Positions 43,245 through 53,920 of a stretch of 64,000 nucleotides of DNA are shown in pieces. Each line of letters starts with the position of its first letter. Within the stretch, counting starts at the first letter, position 1. The notes beneath the pieces are model-generated. The model did not search any database and had not been told where the DNA came from. It was given only the letters and a program-made list of their open reading frames with translations. The stretch covers positions 389 to 64,388 of the forward strand of contig JAFGRB010000178.1 in NCBI GenBank assembly GCA_016935365.1. Reading direction: 5' to 3'. The DNA comes from Deltaproteobacteria bacterium. Its GTDB lineage: Bacteria > Myxococcota > B64-G9. The position numbers were made by a program, and so were the translations under genes.

Positions 43245-45092
43245 CTATCCAGACCGCTCGCTGTCCCGGTGCTGGATGATGACCGGTAGCTCGTTGGCCC
43301 GCAGGCGCTGGCCGAGCTCCTCGGCGATCGCCACGGATCGATGCCGGCCACCGGTGCAGCCGATTCCGACCGTCAAGTAGCTCTTGCCCTCCAGGTCGTA
43401 CAGGGGCCGGAAGGTGGTCAGGAAACACATGACGTGCTCGAGGAAGAGACTCGCATAGGAGTTGCCGAGCACGAAGTCCCGGACCTCCTTGTGGCGCCCG
43501 TCGAGATCCCGCAACTCGGCAGAGAAGTACGGGTTGGGCAGAAACCGCACATCGAAGACGAGATCGACCTGGGGCGGGATGCCGTGCTTGAACCCGAACG
43601 ACACCAGCGCCAGGTTCATTCCCGTGCCCGGCCGGCAGAGGGTGTAGCGCTGCTGGACGAGCTCCCGGAGCTGGTGGGGCGTCAGATCGGTCGTGTCGAT
43701 GACGCGATCGGCACGCTCCCGGAGCCGGGCCAGCAGCTGCCGCTCGTTGCGGATCCCCTCCTCGATGGAGCCCTCCGGGGATAGCGGATGGCGCCTGCGC
43801 GTCTCCGAGTAACGGCGTATCAACACGCGGTCCGCGCAGTCGAGAAACAGGACCTCGACCCGGCCGGCCCCGGCTCGGATCCGGTCGATGTTCTCCTGGA
43901 ACTCGGGCAGAAAGCGGGACTCCCGGGCATCCACCACGAGCGCGATCTGCTCTATCTCACCCGCTTGGCTCGGGAAGAGCTCGACGACCTTGGGCAGCAG
44001 CACGACCGGCAGGTTGTCGATACAGAAAAAGCCGATGTCCTCGAGCGCGTGCACGGCCGTGCTCTTGCCGGAGCCCGACAGGCCGCTCAGCACCACGACG
44101 CGAATGGGATTGCCGGTCGAGTCCAGGGGCAGGTGGTTCATTCCACGATCTCCCCCGGAGTGCCTGGCCGAGCCCTTGTCCTCCAGCGCTTGATCGAGGC
44201 GAGCCCGGAACTCGCGCGCAGAATGGTGCCCTTGCCGCTTGAGCAAGTGATTGCGCGCCGCGACCTCGACCAGCGTGGCGGTGTTGCGGCCGGGAGAGAC
44301 CGGTATCTCCAGATAGGGCAGCTCCACACCGAGCAGGTTGTGGGTCCGATCCTCCACCCCGAGCCGATCCGGGATTTCCTGGGCGTGCCACTCGACGAGC
44401 TCCACGACGAGCTCGACTTTCTTCTGCTCGCGAACGGCGGAAACACCGTAGAGATCCTTGATGTTGATGATGCCCAGACCGCGGATCTCCATGTTGTGCT
44501 GGAGCAATGGCGAGCACCCTCCGAGCAGAGCCAGTGGCGGGCGCTTCCTGAGCATCACGATGTCGTCGGCGACGAGGCGATGGCCGCGCATGACGAGATC
44601 CAGGGCGCATTCGCTCTTGCCGATCCCGCTCTTGCCGAGCATCAGCACGCCGACGCCCAGCACGTCCACCAGCACCGCGTGTACGCCCTTGGACTCCGTC
44701 ATGTGCTCCTGCAGGAACTCGGACAGCCGATCGAAGAGTGTCTCGGCCAGGTGCGAGGAGCTCAGCAGGCAGATGCCGAGACGCTCCGCTTCCTCGTCCA
44801 GCTCCCTTGGGATCGCTTGCCCTGCGGCGACCACGATGCAGGCCGGCCTGTTCATCACCAGGCGCTCGATGACCTGCTCGCGCTCTTCGGGTGTCAGGGC
44901 GTTCAAGTACGCGATCTCGTCATCCAGCATCAGGATGCGATCCGCATCGATCCGCCCGGCCTTGCCCGTCATGGACAGGCCGGGACGCTGGACGCGCGGA
45001 TGATCCACGGAGCGCTCCAGCCCGTTCGAGCCCGAGATCAGGCGCAGGCGCAAATCGAAATCCCGGCTCTCGAGCAACTGGCGGACTTCCAA
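43245..45092 (-). CDS. HprK/P kinase-phosphorylase fused in frame to RapZ (YvcJ) P-loop ATPase
   Basis: N-terminal half carries the HprK Walker A GKSGIGKSE; the C-terminal half starts MNHLPLD...VVVLSGLSGSGKST (RapZ); no intervening stop. Confidence 0.75.
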   Translation of the reverse strand: MEVRQLLESRDFDLRLRLISGSNGLERSVDHPRVQRPGLSMTGKAGRIDADRILMLDDEIAYLNALTPEEREQVIERLVMNRPACIVVAAGQAIPRELDEEAERLGICLLSSSHLAETLFDRLSEFLQEHMTESKGVHAVLVDVLGVGVLMLGKSGIGKSECALDLVMRGHRLVADDIVMLRKRPPLALLGGCSPLLQHNMEIRGLGIINIKDLYGVSAVREQKKVELVVELVEWHAQEIPDRLGVEDRTHNLLGVELPYLEIPVSPGRNTATLVEVAARNHLLKRQGHHSAREFRARLDQALEDKGSARHSGGDRGMNHLPLDSTGNPIRVVVLSGLSGSGKSTAVHALEDIGFFCIDNLPVVLLPKVVELFPSQAGEIEQIALVVDARESRFLPEFQENIDRIRAGAGRVEVLFLDCADRVLIRRYSETRRRHPLSPEGSIEEGIRNERQLLARLRERADRVIDTTDLTPHQLRELVQQRYTLCRPGTGMNLALVSFGFKHGIPPQVDLVFDVRFLPNPYFSAELRDLDGRHKEVRDFVLGNSYASLFLEHVMCFLTTFRPLYDLEGKSYLTVGIGCTGGRHRSVAIAEELGQRLRANELPVIIQHRDSERSG

Positions 45093-45104
45093 GCGAATGC
45101 CCCC

Positions 45105-45575
45105 TCAGCAGCTCGCGTCCTGGGCCAGGATCGCATCGAAGACGGAGTCCGCGTCCTCGGCCTCCAGGAGGGTATGTCGGAAATGCTCGTCCTGAAACAA
45201 GCGATTCAGCCTCGCGAGCGCCTTCAGGTGAGTGCCCTCGGCGTTCTCGGGGATCAAGAGAACGAAAAAGAAGCGGGTCGGCTTCCCGTCGAACGAATCG
45301 AAGTCCACACCCTTGCGGCAACGGCCGAAGCAGGAGATCAGCTTCGGCAGTCCCGGAACGCGGCCGTGGGGAAAGGCGACGCCTTCTTCGATGGCCGTCG
45401 AGCGCAGCTGCTCGCGCTTGAGAAGCACCTGCAACAAGAGATCTCGCTTGAGCTCCTGGTGGTTGCTCACCAGGAGGTCCACGAGAGAGGACAGGATCTC
45501 CTCCTTGCTACCGATGGGTACGGCTGCGGTGACATCCGCCCGCTCGAGGAATGAATTGATCTTCATGGTCGGCAT
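45105..45575 (-). CDS. ptsN: PTS IIA-Ntr nitrogen regulatory protein
   Basis: EIIA-2 fold with the GVAFPHGR phosphorylatable His. Confidence 0.85.
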   Translation of the reverse strand: MPTMKINSFLERADVTAAVPIGSKEEILSSLVDLLVSNHQELKRDLLLQVLLKREQLRSTAIEEGVAFPHGRVPGLPKLISCFGRCRKGVDFDSFDGKPTRFFFVLLIPENAEGTHLKALARLNRLFQDEHFRHTLLEAEDADSVFDAILAQDASC

Positions 45576-45615
45576 TCCACCCGGAGCGTAGAGCTCGATC
45601 CGCGGCTCCGCAGGT

Positions 45616-46167
45616 CTAGTCCCTTCCGGGTGTCTTCGCCTCGATCAAACCCATGTTGCCGTCGTTGCGGCGATAGACGACGTTGATGTCCCTGGTGTTG
45701 GCGTTCATGAAGACGAGGAAGTCGTTGTTCATCAAGTCCATCTGCATGACCGCCTCATCGACCGACATCGGCTTGGCCTGGAACTCCTCGCTGCGGATGA
45801 TCCGGGGCTTGTCCGACTCGACCGTCTCCTGGTCGATCACGTTGTGTCTGACCATGATCTCCTCGCCGATCGAGATGGGTGCGTACTGCCGGATCTTGTC
45901 CTTGTACTTCCGCGCCTGGCGCTCGATCTTGTCGACGGCCGAGTCGATGCTCGAGTACATGTCCTCGGTGTCCTCCTCTCCCCGCATGACGATCCCTCGG
46001 GACATGAGCTTGATATCCGCCTGGTTCCGGTACTTGCTCTTCGCGAGCACGATGTGCACGTCGGCGGGCATGGATACGTACTTCTTGAGCCGGGTGATCT
46101 TCTCCTCGGCATAGCTCTTGAGCGCCTCGGAGGGCTTCATGTTGCGAAACGTCACCGATATCTGCAT
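45616..46167 (-). CDS. hpf: Ribosome hibernation promoting factor (long form)
   Basis: Sigma-54 modulation protein/S30EA family, lying downstream of rpoN. Confidence 0.9.
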   Translation of the reverse strand: MQISVTFRNMKPSEALKSYAEEKITRLKKYVSMPADVHIVLAKSKYRNQADIKLMSRGIVMRGEEDTEDMYSSIDSAVDKIERQARKYKDKIRQYAPISIGEEIMVRHNVIDQETVESDKPRIIRSEEFQAKPMSVDEAVMQMDLMNNDFLVFMNANTRDINVVYRRNDGNMGLIEAKTPGRD

Positions 46168-46207
46168 GGACCACCTCCTCGAAAGACGGACGATGCAAGG
46201 GGGGCGT

Positions 46208-47701
46208 TCAATAAACCCTCTTCCTCTTGCTAGAGGGTAGGATGCCCAAGATATCTCGATACTTGGCGACCGTCCGGCGCGCGATCTTGATGTTCTGCTC
46301 TCCGAGGAGATCGACGATCCTGCGGTCGGACAGCGGCCTGGCCGGGTCCTCCTCCGCCACGATCTGGCGGATCCTCTCCTTGACCGACTCGGACGCCACG
46401 TCCTCGCCCACGGTCCGACGGATGCTCGAGTTGAAGAAGTACTTCAGCTCGTAGATGCCCTGTGGCGTGTGCACGTACTTGTTGGTCGTCACGCGGCTGA
46501 CCGTCGACTCGTGCAAGCTGACGTCCTCGGCCACGTCGCGCAGCACCATGGGCCTCAGAAACGCGATGCCCTTGTCCAGAAACTCCCGCTGATACTTGAC
46601 GATGCTCTCGGTCACCCGGTAGATGGTCCGCTGGCGCTGGTGGATGGAACGGATCAGCCAGACCGCCGAACGCAGCTTGTCCTGGATGTACGAACGGGTC
46701 TCGCCGCCGCGTTTGGCCTCGGCCAGAGCCCTGCGGTAGTAGGGGCTGACGCGCAGCTTGGGCAGGCCGTCCTCGTTGAGCACGATGGTGTACTCGTCGC
46801 CCACCTTGTATACGTAGATGTCCGGCGTGATGTACTGGGGCTCCTCTTCCGAGTAGAAGCGCCCCGGCTTGGGCTCGAGCTGGGAGATCAAGCGCACCGC
46901 CTCGATGATCTCTTCCTTGGGCACTTTCAGCGCCCGGGCGATGGCCTGGAAGTTCTTCCTCTCCACGAGCGACAGGTGGGACTCGATGATCGCGTAGACC
47001 AAGCCGTTCTCGATCTTCAGGTGGCGAGCCTGGACGAGCAGCGACTCCCGCAGGTCGCGGGCTGCCACGCCCACGGGATCGAAGTTCTGGATCGCCTTGA
47101 GCACCTGCTCCACCTCGTCGACGGGCACGTCGAGCTGCTCGGCCAGGCTGTCGGTGATCGTCTTGCCGGCGAGCCGGTCCTCGTCGTCGGCGACCAGGTA
47201 GCCGGCCGGATCGAGGCTGAGGATGATCCGCCCGCCGATGGCCTGCTGCTTCTCGTCGAGAGCGGAGAGCCGCAGCTGCCACAGGAGGTGATCGGCGAGC
47301 GAGGTCTTCTTGGTCAGGACGTTCTCGTAGGAAGGCAGGTCGTCCTTGGACGGTCTCACCCCGGCCCCGGTCGGCACGTAGGAGCCGTAGTTCTCCAGGT
47401 ACTTCTCCCAGTCGATGTCGTTGGCGCCCTCGTCCCCCTTGACCTCCTCGACCCGCTCGGAGCGCTCGAGCCTCTCCTCGACCCGCTCGGCTTTCTCCTC
47501 AGCCTTGCTGCCCGAGTCGCTCGGCTCCTTGGCGTCCGTCTCCTGCTCGTCGAGGATCGGGTTCTCGAGCATCTCCTGGCCGACGAGATCGTTCAGCTCG
47601 AGCCTGGAGAGCTGCAGCAGCTTGATCGCCTGCTGGAGCTGGGGCGTCATCACCAGCTGCAGCGTCTGTTTGAGTGAGAGGACCTGCCTGAGTTCGGTCA
47701 T
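46208..47701 (-). CDS. rpoN: RNA polymerase sigma-54 factor
   Basis: N-terminal activator-interacting region, core-binding region and C-terminal RpoN box. Confidence 0.95.
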   Translation of the reverse strand: MTELRQVLSLKQTLQLVMTPQLQQAIKLLQLSRLELNDLVGQEMLENPILDEQETDAKEPSDSGSKAEEKAERVEERLERSERVEEVKGDEGANDIDWEKYLENYGSYVPTGAGVRPSKDDLPSYENVLTKKTSLADHLLWQLRLSALDEKQQAIGGRIILSLDPAGYLVADDEDRLAGKTITDSLAEQLDVPVDEVEQVLKAIQNFDPVGVAARDLRESLLVQARHLKIENGLVYAIIESHLSLVERKNFQAIARALKVPKEEIIEAVRLISQLEPKPGRFYSEEEPQYITPDIYVYKVGDEYTIVLNEDGLPKLRVSPYYRRALAEAKRGGETRSYIQDKLRSAVWLIRSIHQRQRTIYRVTESIVKYQREFLDKGIAFLRPMVLRDVAEDVSLHESTVSRVTTNKYVHTPQGIYELKYFFNSSIRRTVGEDVASESVKERIRQIVAEEDPARPLSDRRIVDLLGEQNIKIARRTVAKYRDILGILPSSKRKRVY

Positions 47702-47716
47702 CTGGCCCGTGCTTCC

Positions 47717-48469
47717 TCAGTCCATCTGGAACCGCTCACCGAGGTACATCGCTCGCGCCCGCTCGCTGCGGGCGATCTCGGCCGGCGTCCCTTCCTCCAG
47801 CAGCCTGCCATCTTTGACAATATACGCTCTGTCGCAGGATGACAAGGTTTCCCTGACCGCGTGATCGGTCACCAGAAGGCCGATCCCCGCCTCGGCGAGC
47901 CGTCGGATCTGGCCTCGGATCTCCTCGACGGTCAGCGGATCGACGCCCGAGAAAGGCTCGTCGAGCAGCACGAAGCTCGGGCTCTGGATCATGGCCCGGC
48001 CGATCTCCAGCCGCCGCCTCTCCCCGCCCGAGAGCATCGAGGCCAGCGAGTCGGCCACCCGGCCCAGGTCGTACTCCTCGATCACCTCGTCCGCCCGGCG
48101 CGCAGCCTCGGGGCCCTTGACCCCTGCGGCCTCGAGGTAGAGCCGCAGGTTGTCCCGCACCGACAGGCGCTGGAAGACGGACGGCTCCTGGGAGAGATAG
48201 CCGATCCCGGCCCGCGCCCGCCGGTGCATGGGCCAGCCCGAGATGTCGATGCCCTTGAGCAAGACCCGGCCGGCGTCCGCGGGCAGGAGCCCGATCAGCA
48301 TGTGGAAGCTGGTCGTCTTGCCGGCCCCGTTGGGGCCCAGCAGCCCGACCACCTCGCCCGGCCCCACCCGCAGGTCCAGCCCGTCGACCACCCTGCGGCC
48401 CCGGAAGGACTTCTGCAAGCCCTGCGCGAGCAGGGCGTCGGTCTCGCCGCGCTTCTCTTCCGCGCTCAA
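47717..48469 (-). CDS. lptB: LPS export ABC transporter ATP-binding protein
   Basis: ABC ATPase motifs (GPNGAGKTT, LSGGERRRL) in the conserved position 5' of rpoN. Confidence 0.9.
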   Translation of the reverse strand: MSAEEKRGETDALLAQGLQKSFRGRRVVDGLDLRVGPGEVVGLLGPNGAGKTTSFHMLIGLLPADAGRVLLKGIDISGWPMHRRARAGIGYLSQEPSVFQRLSVRDNLRLYLEAAGVKGPEAARRADEVIEEYDLGRVADSLASMLSGGERRRLEIGRAMIQSPSFVLLDEPFSGVDPLTVEEIRGQIRRLAEAGIGLLVTDHAVRETLSSCDRAYIVKDGRLLEEGTPAEIARSERARAMYLGERFQMD

Positions 48470-49002
48470 GGCGCACGCTCCCGCTCGGATTCCGGCTCCT
48501 GCTCGCGGGCCGGCACGCGGATCTGCGCCCGGGGGCGCGTCACGTGCACCTCGTCCCTGTCGAGCAAGTACAGGATGCGCTCGCCCCGGATCCGGTTCTC
48601 GCCCTCGTGCACCCAGGGCTTGCCGGTGCAGACGATCCGCCCGGCTGTCCGGTCGTACTCCGCCCGCTGGCAGTGGCCGCGCCTGGCCTTCTGGACTATT
48701 TGGACGTCGCCGGAGAAGACCATCCGCCGGATCGCCCGGTCCGACCCGCCTCGCCCGTCCTCGGCGCCCTCCTCAGCGGGAGCGTATTGCACCTCGAGTC
48801 GCTGGCAGCGGATGCTGAGGTCGCCCTGGGTGGCCTCCACGCTGCCCTCGAAGACCGCCCGGTTCTTCTTCTGGAAGACCCGCAGGCGATCGGAGCGGAT
48901 CTGGACCGGCGGCTCTTCCGCCCGGGCCGGCTCCTCCGCGGCCATCGCCGCCCCTGCCGCGGCCAGCGACAGGGCCAGCAGCGCGCAGCCGAGCCTCATC
49001 GC
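48466..49002 (-). CDS. lptA: LptA-like periplasmic LPS transport protein (OstA N-terminal domain)
   Basis: Signal peptide and OstA-like beta-jellyroll; stop overlaps the lptB start. Confidence 0.65.
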   Translation of the reverse strand, partial: AMRLGCALLALSLAAAGAAMAAEEPARAEEPPVQIRSDRLRVFQKKNRAVFEGSVEATQGDLSIRCQRLEVQYAPAEEGAEDGRGGSDRAIRRMVFSGDVQIVQKARRGHCQRAEYDRTAGRIVCTGKPWVHEGENRIRGERILYLLDRDEVHVTRPRAQIRVPAREQEPESERERAP

Positions 49003-49268
49003 TGACCTCGCCCGTCCCAAAGCACCGCCTCCAGCTCTCCCGACACCCCGCACGCCTCGAGCTGCCCGCCCTCCTCGTCGAGCCGCAGCGACTCGGCCCG
49101 GAGCTCGAAGCGCCGCTCGGCGCCCCGGTACTGCCTCACCACGACCCCCTCGAGCCGCACGTCCACGCTCCGCCCGTCCGCAGCGGGAGCCGATCCGCCC
49201 CCCCCACCGCAGCCGAGCAGGCAGAGTGCAAGCCAGAAGATGCGCCAGAAAGCGCCCATCGCAAGCAC
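48996..49268 (-). CDS. Short LptC-like lipoprotein
   Basis: Lipobox LLGCGGG; 90 aa, in the conserved position upstream of lptA. Confidence 0.45.
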   Translation of the reverse strand: MLAMGAFWRIFWLALCLLGCGGGGGSAPAADGRSVDVRLEGVVVRQYRGAERRFELRAESLRLDEEGGQLEACGVSGELEAVLWDGRGQR

Positions 49269-49287
49269 CAGTCTACCACCTCGAGAA

Positions 49288-49349
49288 GGGGGTCAGACAC
49301 CTTTATTTAGCACTTGCAAGCCAAGTGCTAAGTAAAGGTGTCTGACCCC
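49288..49349. repeat. Palindromic element (28-bp arms) sharing GGGGTCAGAC termini with the 37241-37318 element
   Basis: Its right arm encodes the last codons and the stop (…GSDTFT*) of lpxL. Confidence 0.65.
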
Positions 49350-50239
49350 TCCTTCGTCTTCCAGCGGCGGTGCATCCAGATCCACTCGTCCGGGTGGGCG
49401 CGCACGAAGCGCTCGATCCTCGCGGTCAGCGCCCGGGTGTCCTCGGCCACGGCCCGTTTGAAATCCTGCTCGTCGCAGAGCGGGAAGGGCTCGATCTCGA
49501 TCACCAGCCCGCCCTCGCGCTGGCGGTGGTTGAAGCCGGTGACGACCGCGGCCCGGCACTTGCGCGCCAGGACGGCCGCGGCGGTGGGGGTGGAGGCCGG
49601 GCGGCCGAAGAAGTCGACGAAGACGCTCGGCACCCGCGTGTCCTGGTCGATGAGCAGGCCCATGACGGCCTTGTCTCGGAGCACTCGGGCCATCCGCTCG
49701 AAGATATCCGGCTCCCCGCGCCAGACGGTGTGCACCCCGCCCGAGAGCCGGAATCGATCGAGCAGGCGGGTGAAGCGCGGGTCGTAGGACTTCTGGCCGA
49801 TGGTGTGGATCGGGTAACCGCAGGCCGCCAGGCCGCGGGCCATCAGCTCCCAGTTGCCGCAGTGGCCGGTGACGAAGACCACGCCGCGGCCCTGCCCGAG
49901 CGCGGTATCGAGCACCTGGCGCGACGCGTCCGTCAGCGCGACGTAGCGGGCGAGCTCCGGGATCTTGCCCCGGGCCGCGCAGACCACCTCGGCCACGCCC
50001 TGGCCGAGGTTCTCGAAGACCCGGCGCGCCAGGTCTCGCCGGGCCTGCTCGTCGAGCGCGGGCAGGGCCAGGGCGATGTGCTCGTCGCAGCGCCGGCGCT
50101 CCGTGCGGGCGAAGCGGTATGCGATCCGGCCCAGGCGCCGCCCCCAGCGCAGCGCCCGAGGCAGGCGCAGCCAGCCCAGCAGGCCCAGCCCCAAGCGCAC
50201 GCCGGCGTAGATCAGGAAGTTCTTGATCCGCTTGCCCAT
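49328..50239 (-). CDS. Lipid A biosynthesis lauroyl/myristoyl acyltransferase (LpxL/HtrB family)
   Basis: HCGNWE acyltransferase motif and N-terminal membrane anchor. Confidence 0.8.
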   Translation of the reverse strand: MGKRIKNFLIYAGVRLGLGLLGWLRLPRALRWGRRLGRIAYRFARTERRRCDEHIALALPALDEQARRDLARRVFENLGQGVAEVVCAARGKIPELARYVALTDASRQVLDTALGQGRGVVFVTGHCGNWELMARGLAACGYPIHTIGQKSYDPRFTRLLDRFRLSGGVHTVWRGEPDIFERMARVLRDKAVMGLLIDQDTRVPSVFVDFFGRPASTPTAAAVLARKCRAAVVTGFNHRQREGGLVIEIEPFPLCDEQDFKRAVAEDTRALTARIERFVRAHPDEWIWMHRRWKTKEGSDTFT

Positions 50240-50245
50240 CGACGA

Positions 50246-51862
50246 TCAGCCGCCCCGCGCTCTCGCCCGCGCCATGGCGGCGGCCACGAAGGAAGCGAAG
50301 AGCGGGTGGGGTGCGAGCGGTTTGGACTTGAACTCGGGGTGGAACTGGCAGCCGACGAACCAGGGGTGGCCGGGAAGCTCGCACATCTCCACGAGCTGCC
50401 CGTCGGGAGACAGGCCGGAGAAGACGAGGCCGCCTTTCTCGAGCTGCTCGCGGTAGGCGTTGTTGACCTCGAAGCGATGGCGGTGGCGCTCCGAGATCCG
50501 CTCGACCCCGTACGCCGCCCGGGCCCGGGTGCCGGGCTCGAGCAGGCACGGATAGGCGCCCAGCCGCATCGTGCCACCCTTGTCCTCGACTCCCTGCTGG
50601 CTCGCCATCAGCGCGATGACCGGGTGGGCGGTCTCGGGCGCGAACTCGGCCGAGTTGGCTCCCTCGAGCCCGACGACGTTCCGGGCGTACTCGGCGACCA
50701 TCATCTGCATGCCCAGGCAGATGCCGAAGACCGGCACGCCCTGCTCCCGCGCCCAGCGGACGGCCCGGATCTTGCCCTCGCTGCCGCGGTCGCCGAAGCC
50801 GCCCGGCACGAGCACGCCGTCGACGTCGTCGAGATCCTCCAGCTCGCCCCGCTCGAGCTTCTCCGCGCTGACGTACCTGAGATCCACACAGCCGTCGTTG
50901 GCCAGCCCGCCGTGGAGCAGGGCCTCGTGCAAGCTCTTGTACGAGTCGATCAAGTGGACGTACTTGCCCACGACGCCGATGCACGCCGAGTGCCCCGGCT
51001 GGCGCAAGGTCCGGACCACCTTGCTCCAGCGATCCAGGGAGGTGGCCCGGGACCAGATGTTCAGGCTGTCGCAGACCTTGTCGTCCAGCCCCTGCTGGTT
51101 GAGCTGCAAGGGCACGGCGTAGATCGTGTCCACGTCCGGGCAATCGAACACCGTGTCCCGGTCGGTGGAGCAGAAGAGCGCGATCTTGTCCTTGAGATCC
51201 TTGTCCACCGGGCGATCGCAGCGACAGACGATCAGGTCCGGCTGGATGCCGATCTCGCGCAGCGCCTTGACGCTGTGCTGGGTGGGCTTGGTCTTCATCT
51301 CGCCGACCGCCTGGATGAAGGGCACCAGCGTGAGATGGATGTACAGCGTGTGCTCGCGGCCGATGTCGGTGCGAAGCTGGCGAATGCTCTCCAGAAAGGG
51401 AAGGCCCTCGATGTCGCCCACGGTCCCGCCCACCTCGACGATGCACAGGTCCACGTCGCGCGAGGCCTTGTGGATGCGCGCCTTGATCTCGTCGGTGATG
51501 TGCGGGATGACCTGGACGGTCTTGCCCAGGTACTCGCCGCGCCGCTCCTTGGAGATGACCGTGTCGTAGACCTGGCCGGTGGTGAAGTTGTTGGCCTTGC
51601 CCACGGTGATCGAGGTGAAGCGTTCGTAGTGGCCGAGGTCCAGATCGGTTTCGGCCCCGTCGTCGGTGACGAAGACCTCGCCGTGCTGGTACGGGCTCAT
51701 CGTGCCCGGATCGACGTTGAGATAGGGGTCCATCTTGACCAGGGTGATCTTGAGACCGCGGTTCTCCATCAGGGCGCCGATGGATGCGGCCAGCACGCCC
51801 TTGCCGAGGCCGGAGACGACGCCGCCGGTCACGAAGATGTACTTGGTCTGCTTGGATGCCAC
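50246..51862 (-). CDS. pyrG: CTP synthase
   Basis: [17 protein letters not shown]-terminus and C-terminal glutamine amidotransferase domain; GTG start with GGAGG SD. Confidence 0.95.
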   Translation of the reverse strand: MASKQTKYIFVTGGVVSGLGKGVLAASIGALMENRGLKITLVKMDPYLNVDPGTMSPYQHGEVFVTDDGAETDLDLGHYERFTSITVGKANNFTTGQVYDTVISKERRGEYLGKTVQVIPHITDEIKARIHKASRDVDLCIVEVGGTVGDIEGLPFLESIRQLRTDIGREHTLYIHLTLVPFIQAVGEMKTKPTQHSVKALREIGIQPDLIVCRCDRPVDKDLKDKIALFCSTDRDTVFDCPDVDTIYAVPLQLNQQGLDDKVCDSLNIWSRATSLDRWSKVVRTLRQPGHSACIGVVGKYVHLIDSYKSLHEALLHGGLANDGCVDLRYVSAEKLERGELEDLDDVDGVLVPGGFGDRGSEGKIRAVRWAREQGVPVFGICLGMQMMVAEYARNVVGLEGANSAEFAPETAHPVIALMASQQGVEDKGGTMRLGAYPCLLEPGTRARAAYGVERISERHRHRFEVNNAYREQLEKGGLVFSGLSPDGQLVEMCELPGHPWFVGCQFHPEFKSKPLAPHPLFASFVAAAMARARARGG

Positions 51863-52089
51863 GGGCAACCTCCGCTCATCGCGTCCAACCCCACCACATC
51901 GATGCGCGTACGCGGTACGGACAGGCCGGCTGGGAAGAAAACGAGTCGTCTCGCGTGCCCACTTCGGCGTGCACCCTTGAGGAAAAACGCAAAGCAGGGT
52001 GTGTGTCAATGCCTTTCTTCGGGCGGCCCGACCGCAGCGATGCCGATTTTCGGTTTTTCTATTGCGGGCAGTCGTAGTATCATCACCCC

Positions 52090-52560
52090 ATGAGAGCATG
52101 GCTGATCTGCATCCTGGCAATCGTATCGATCGGCTGCCGAGAAGAGCCATCGCCTGCCGTGCCACCGGACGGAGGCGACTCCGATCAGGCGATCCGCACG
52201 GCCAAGCTCGTCTTCGTCGAGGGCGAGGTCCGCGTCAAGCGCTCGGGCGAGTCCGAATGGCTCTCGGCCAGCACGGGCATGCAGCTCTCGATCAACGACA
52301 AGGTCCGCACCCAGCGCAGCAGCTTCGCCACCATCGAGTTCGAGCGCGGCGGCGTGCTGCGCATGGAGCCCGAGAGCCTGGTGGCGGTGACCGATCTCTA
52401 CCACGAGCTGCGCAGCCGGATCCGGCGCTCCACCTTCACCATCGAGCAGGGACGGGTGGAGGCGGAGATGGATGCGATCGAGCGGGAGGGCTCCGAGTTC
52501 AAGATCCGCACGCCAACTGCCGAGGCCCGCGTGGTCCGGCGAGAGGTGGTGTTCCAGTGA
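52090..52560 (+). CDS. FecR-domain lipoprotein
   Basis: Lipobox VSIGC; FecR-like beta domain. Confidence 0.55.
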   Translation: MRAWLICILAIVSIGCREEPSPAVPPDGGDSDQAIRTAKLVFVEGEVRVKRSGESEWLSASTGMQLSINDKVRTQRSSFATIEFERGGVLRMEPESLVAVTDLYHELRSRIRRSTFTIEQGRVEAEMDAIEREGSEFKIRTPTAEARVVRREVVFQ

Positions 52561-53528
52561 CCGCCCGAGGCGCACTCTCGGCGGGCCTCGTGCTCCTGCT
52601 GGCGGCGCCGGCCATGGCCGACGCCCCGGACGGCGGCCCGGCCGGCACCGTCGTCCTGGAGAAGGACCAGATCCTGGAAGATCTCGCCCAGCAGCTCTTC
52701 GAGAGCCGCGAAGCCGCGGACGAGCTGCGCGCCATCAACGGCATCGAGCAGGGCGCCCAGCCCGCGCCCGGCCAGGCACTGAAGCTGCCCGGCCCGGAGA
52801 GACGCCCGGCCGTGAGCGCCTTGCATGTCTGCGAGCAGGCGGTCCGCAAGGCCCGGCAGGCCGATGCGGAGGAGTACGCCATGGAACGGCTCGAGCAAGC
52901 GCTCGCGTCCCTGGCGAAGGCCCGGTCCGCGTGCCAGCGAGCGCAGTATGCCCGCTGCCAGACCCTGGCCGACGAGACCTGGGCCCTGGCCAGGATGGCG
53001 CGCCAGGAAAGCGAGACCAAGCGATCGCGCAGAAATCGCTTTGCGGTCTCGGTCCACGACGGCGACACCCGGGTCGAGGTCAGCGAGGGCGACGGCATCG
53101 AGGTCAGCGCCCAGAAGCGATCCACCACCGTGCCCCGCGGGCACAGCACCCGCGTCAAGGCGGGCAAGGCACCCGACAAGCCGCAACCGCTGCCGGATCC
53201 GCCGGAGCAGGTCCTGCCCTTTCCCGACTCCGTGCTGACGACCCCGTCGATCCACTTCCACTGGCGAGCCGCCGACCGGGCCGCGCGCTATGTCCTGCTC
53301 ATCGCCCGCGATCCGGGCGGCCGCAAGCCCGTGCGCCAGCTGACCACCGGCGAGACGACCTACCTCTTCCGCTCCAGCCTTTCGGACGGAGAGTACTACT
53401 GGTTCCTGCGCTCGGTGGACTCCGAGGGCGCGGTGGGCAGCGCCTCGCCGCCGCGCCGATTCCAGCTCCAGAGCCAGGGGACCGGTGTGACCGTGGAGGA
53501 TGCCGACGTGGTCAAGGACAAGCCATGA
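52556..53528 (+). CDS. Secreted LysM-domain protein with a C-terminal FN3-like domain
   Basis: GTG start overlapping the upstream stop (GTGA); signal peptide; LysM ILEDLAQQLF...LRAINGI. Confidence 0.55.
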
Positions 53529-53920
53529 GCGGCCTGCGCGCACTGGTGTGTGACGATGACACGCCCTTTCGGACCATCGTCCGCGAGCTGCTCGAGCAGC
53601 GCGGCGTCGAGGTGATCGAGGCAGCCGACGGCCACGAGGCGCTGGCGGTCTTCATGAAGCAGGCGATCGATCTCGTGGTGACCGATTTCTTGATGCCCAA
53701 GCTGGACGGCATGCAGGTCATCCGCGACATCCGCATGACCGGCGAGCGAGGCCGGATCCCGATCGTGCTGATGTCGGCCATCTCCAGGGGCAACATCGTG
53801 GGCAAGGAGGAGCTCGGGCCCGACTACTACATGAGCAAACCCTTCAAGCCTAAAAAGATGGCCCGCTTGCTGGACAGGATCTTGGACAACATCGCGCAGG
53901 CGTCCTCGAAGTCGGGATGA
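53525..53920 (+). CDS. Single-domain CheY-like response regulator
   Basis: LVCDDD..D..MPKLDG..K receiver motifs; ATGA overlap upstream. Confidence 0.8.
   Translation: MSGLRALVCDDDTPFRTIVRELLEQRGVEVIEAADGHEALAVFMKQAIDLVVTDFLMPKLDGMQVIRDIRMTGERGRIPIVLMSAISRGNIVGKEELGPDYYMSKPFKPKKMARLLDRILDNIAQASSKSG

Noticed and set aside
43245-45092. Calling hprK and rapZ as two separate genes
   Set aside because: No stop codon lies between the domains in the given sequence, so it is reported as a fusion. A sequencing error cannot be excluded.
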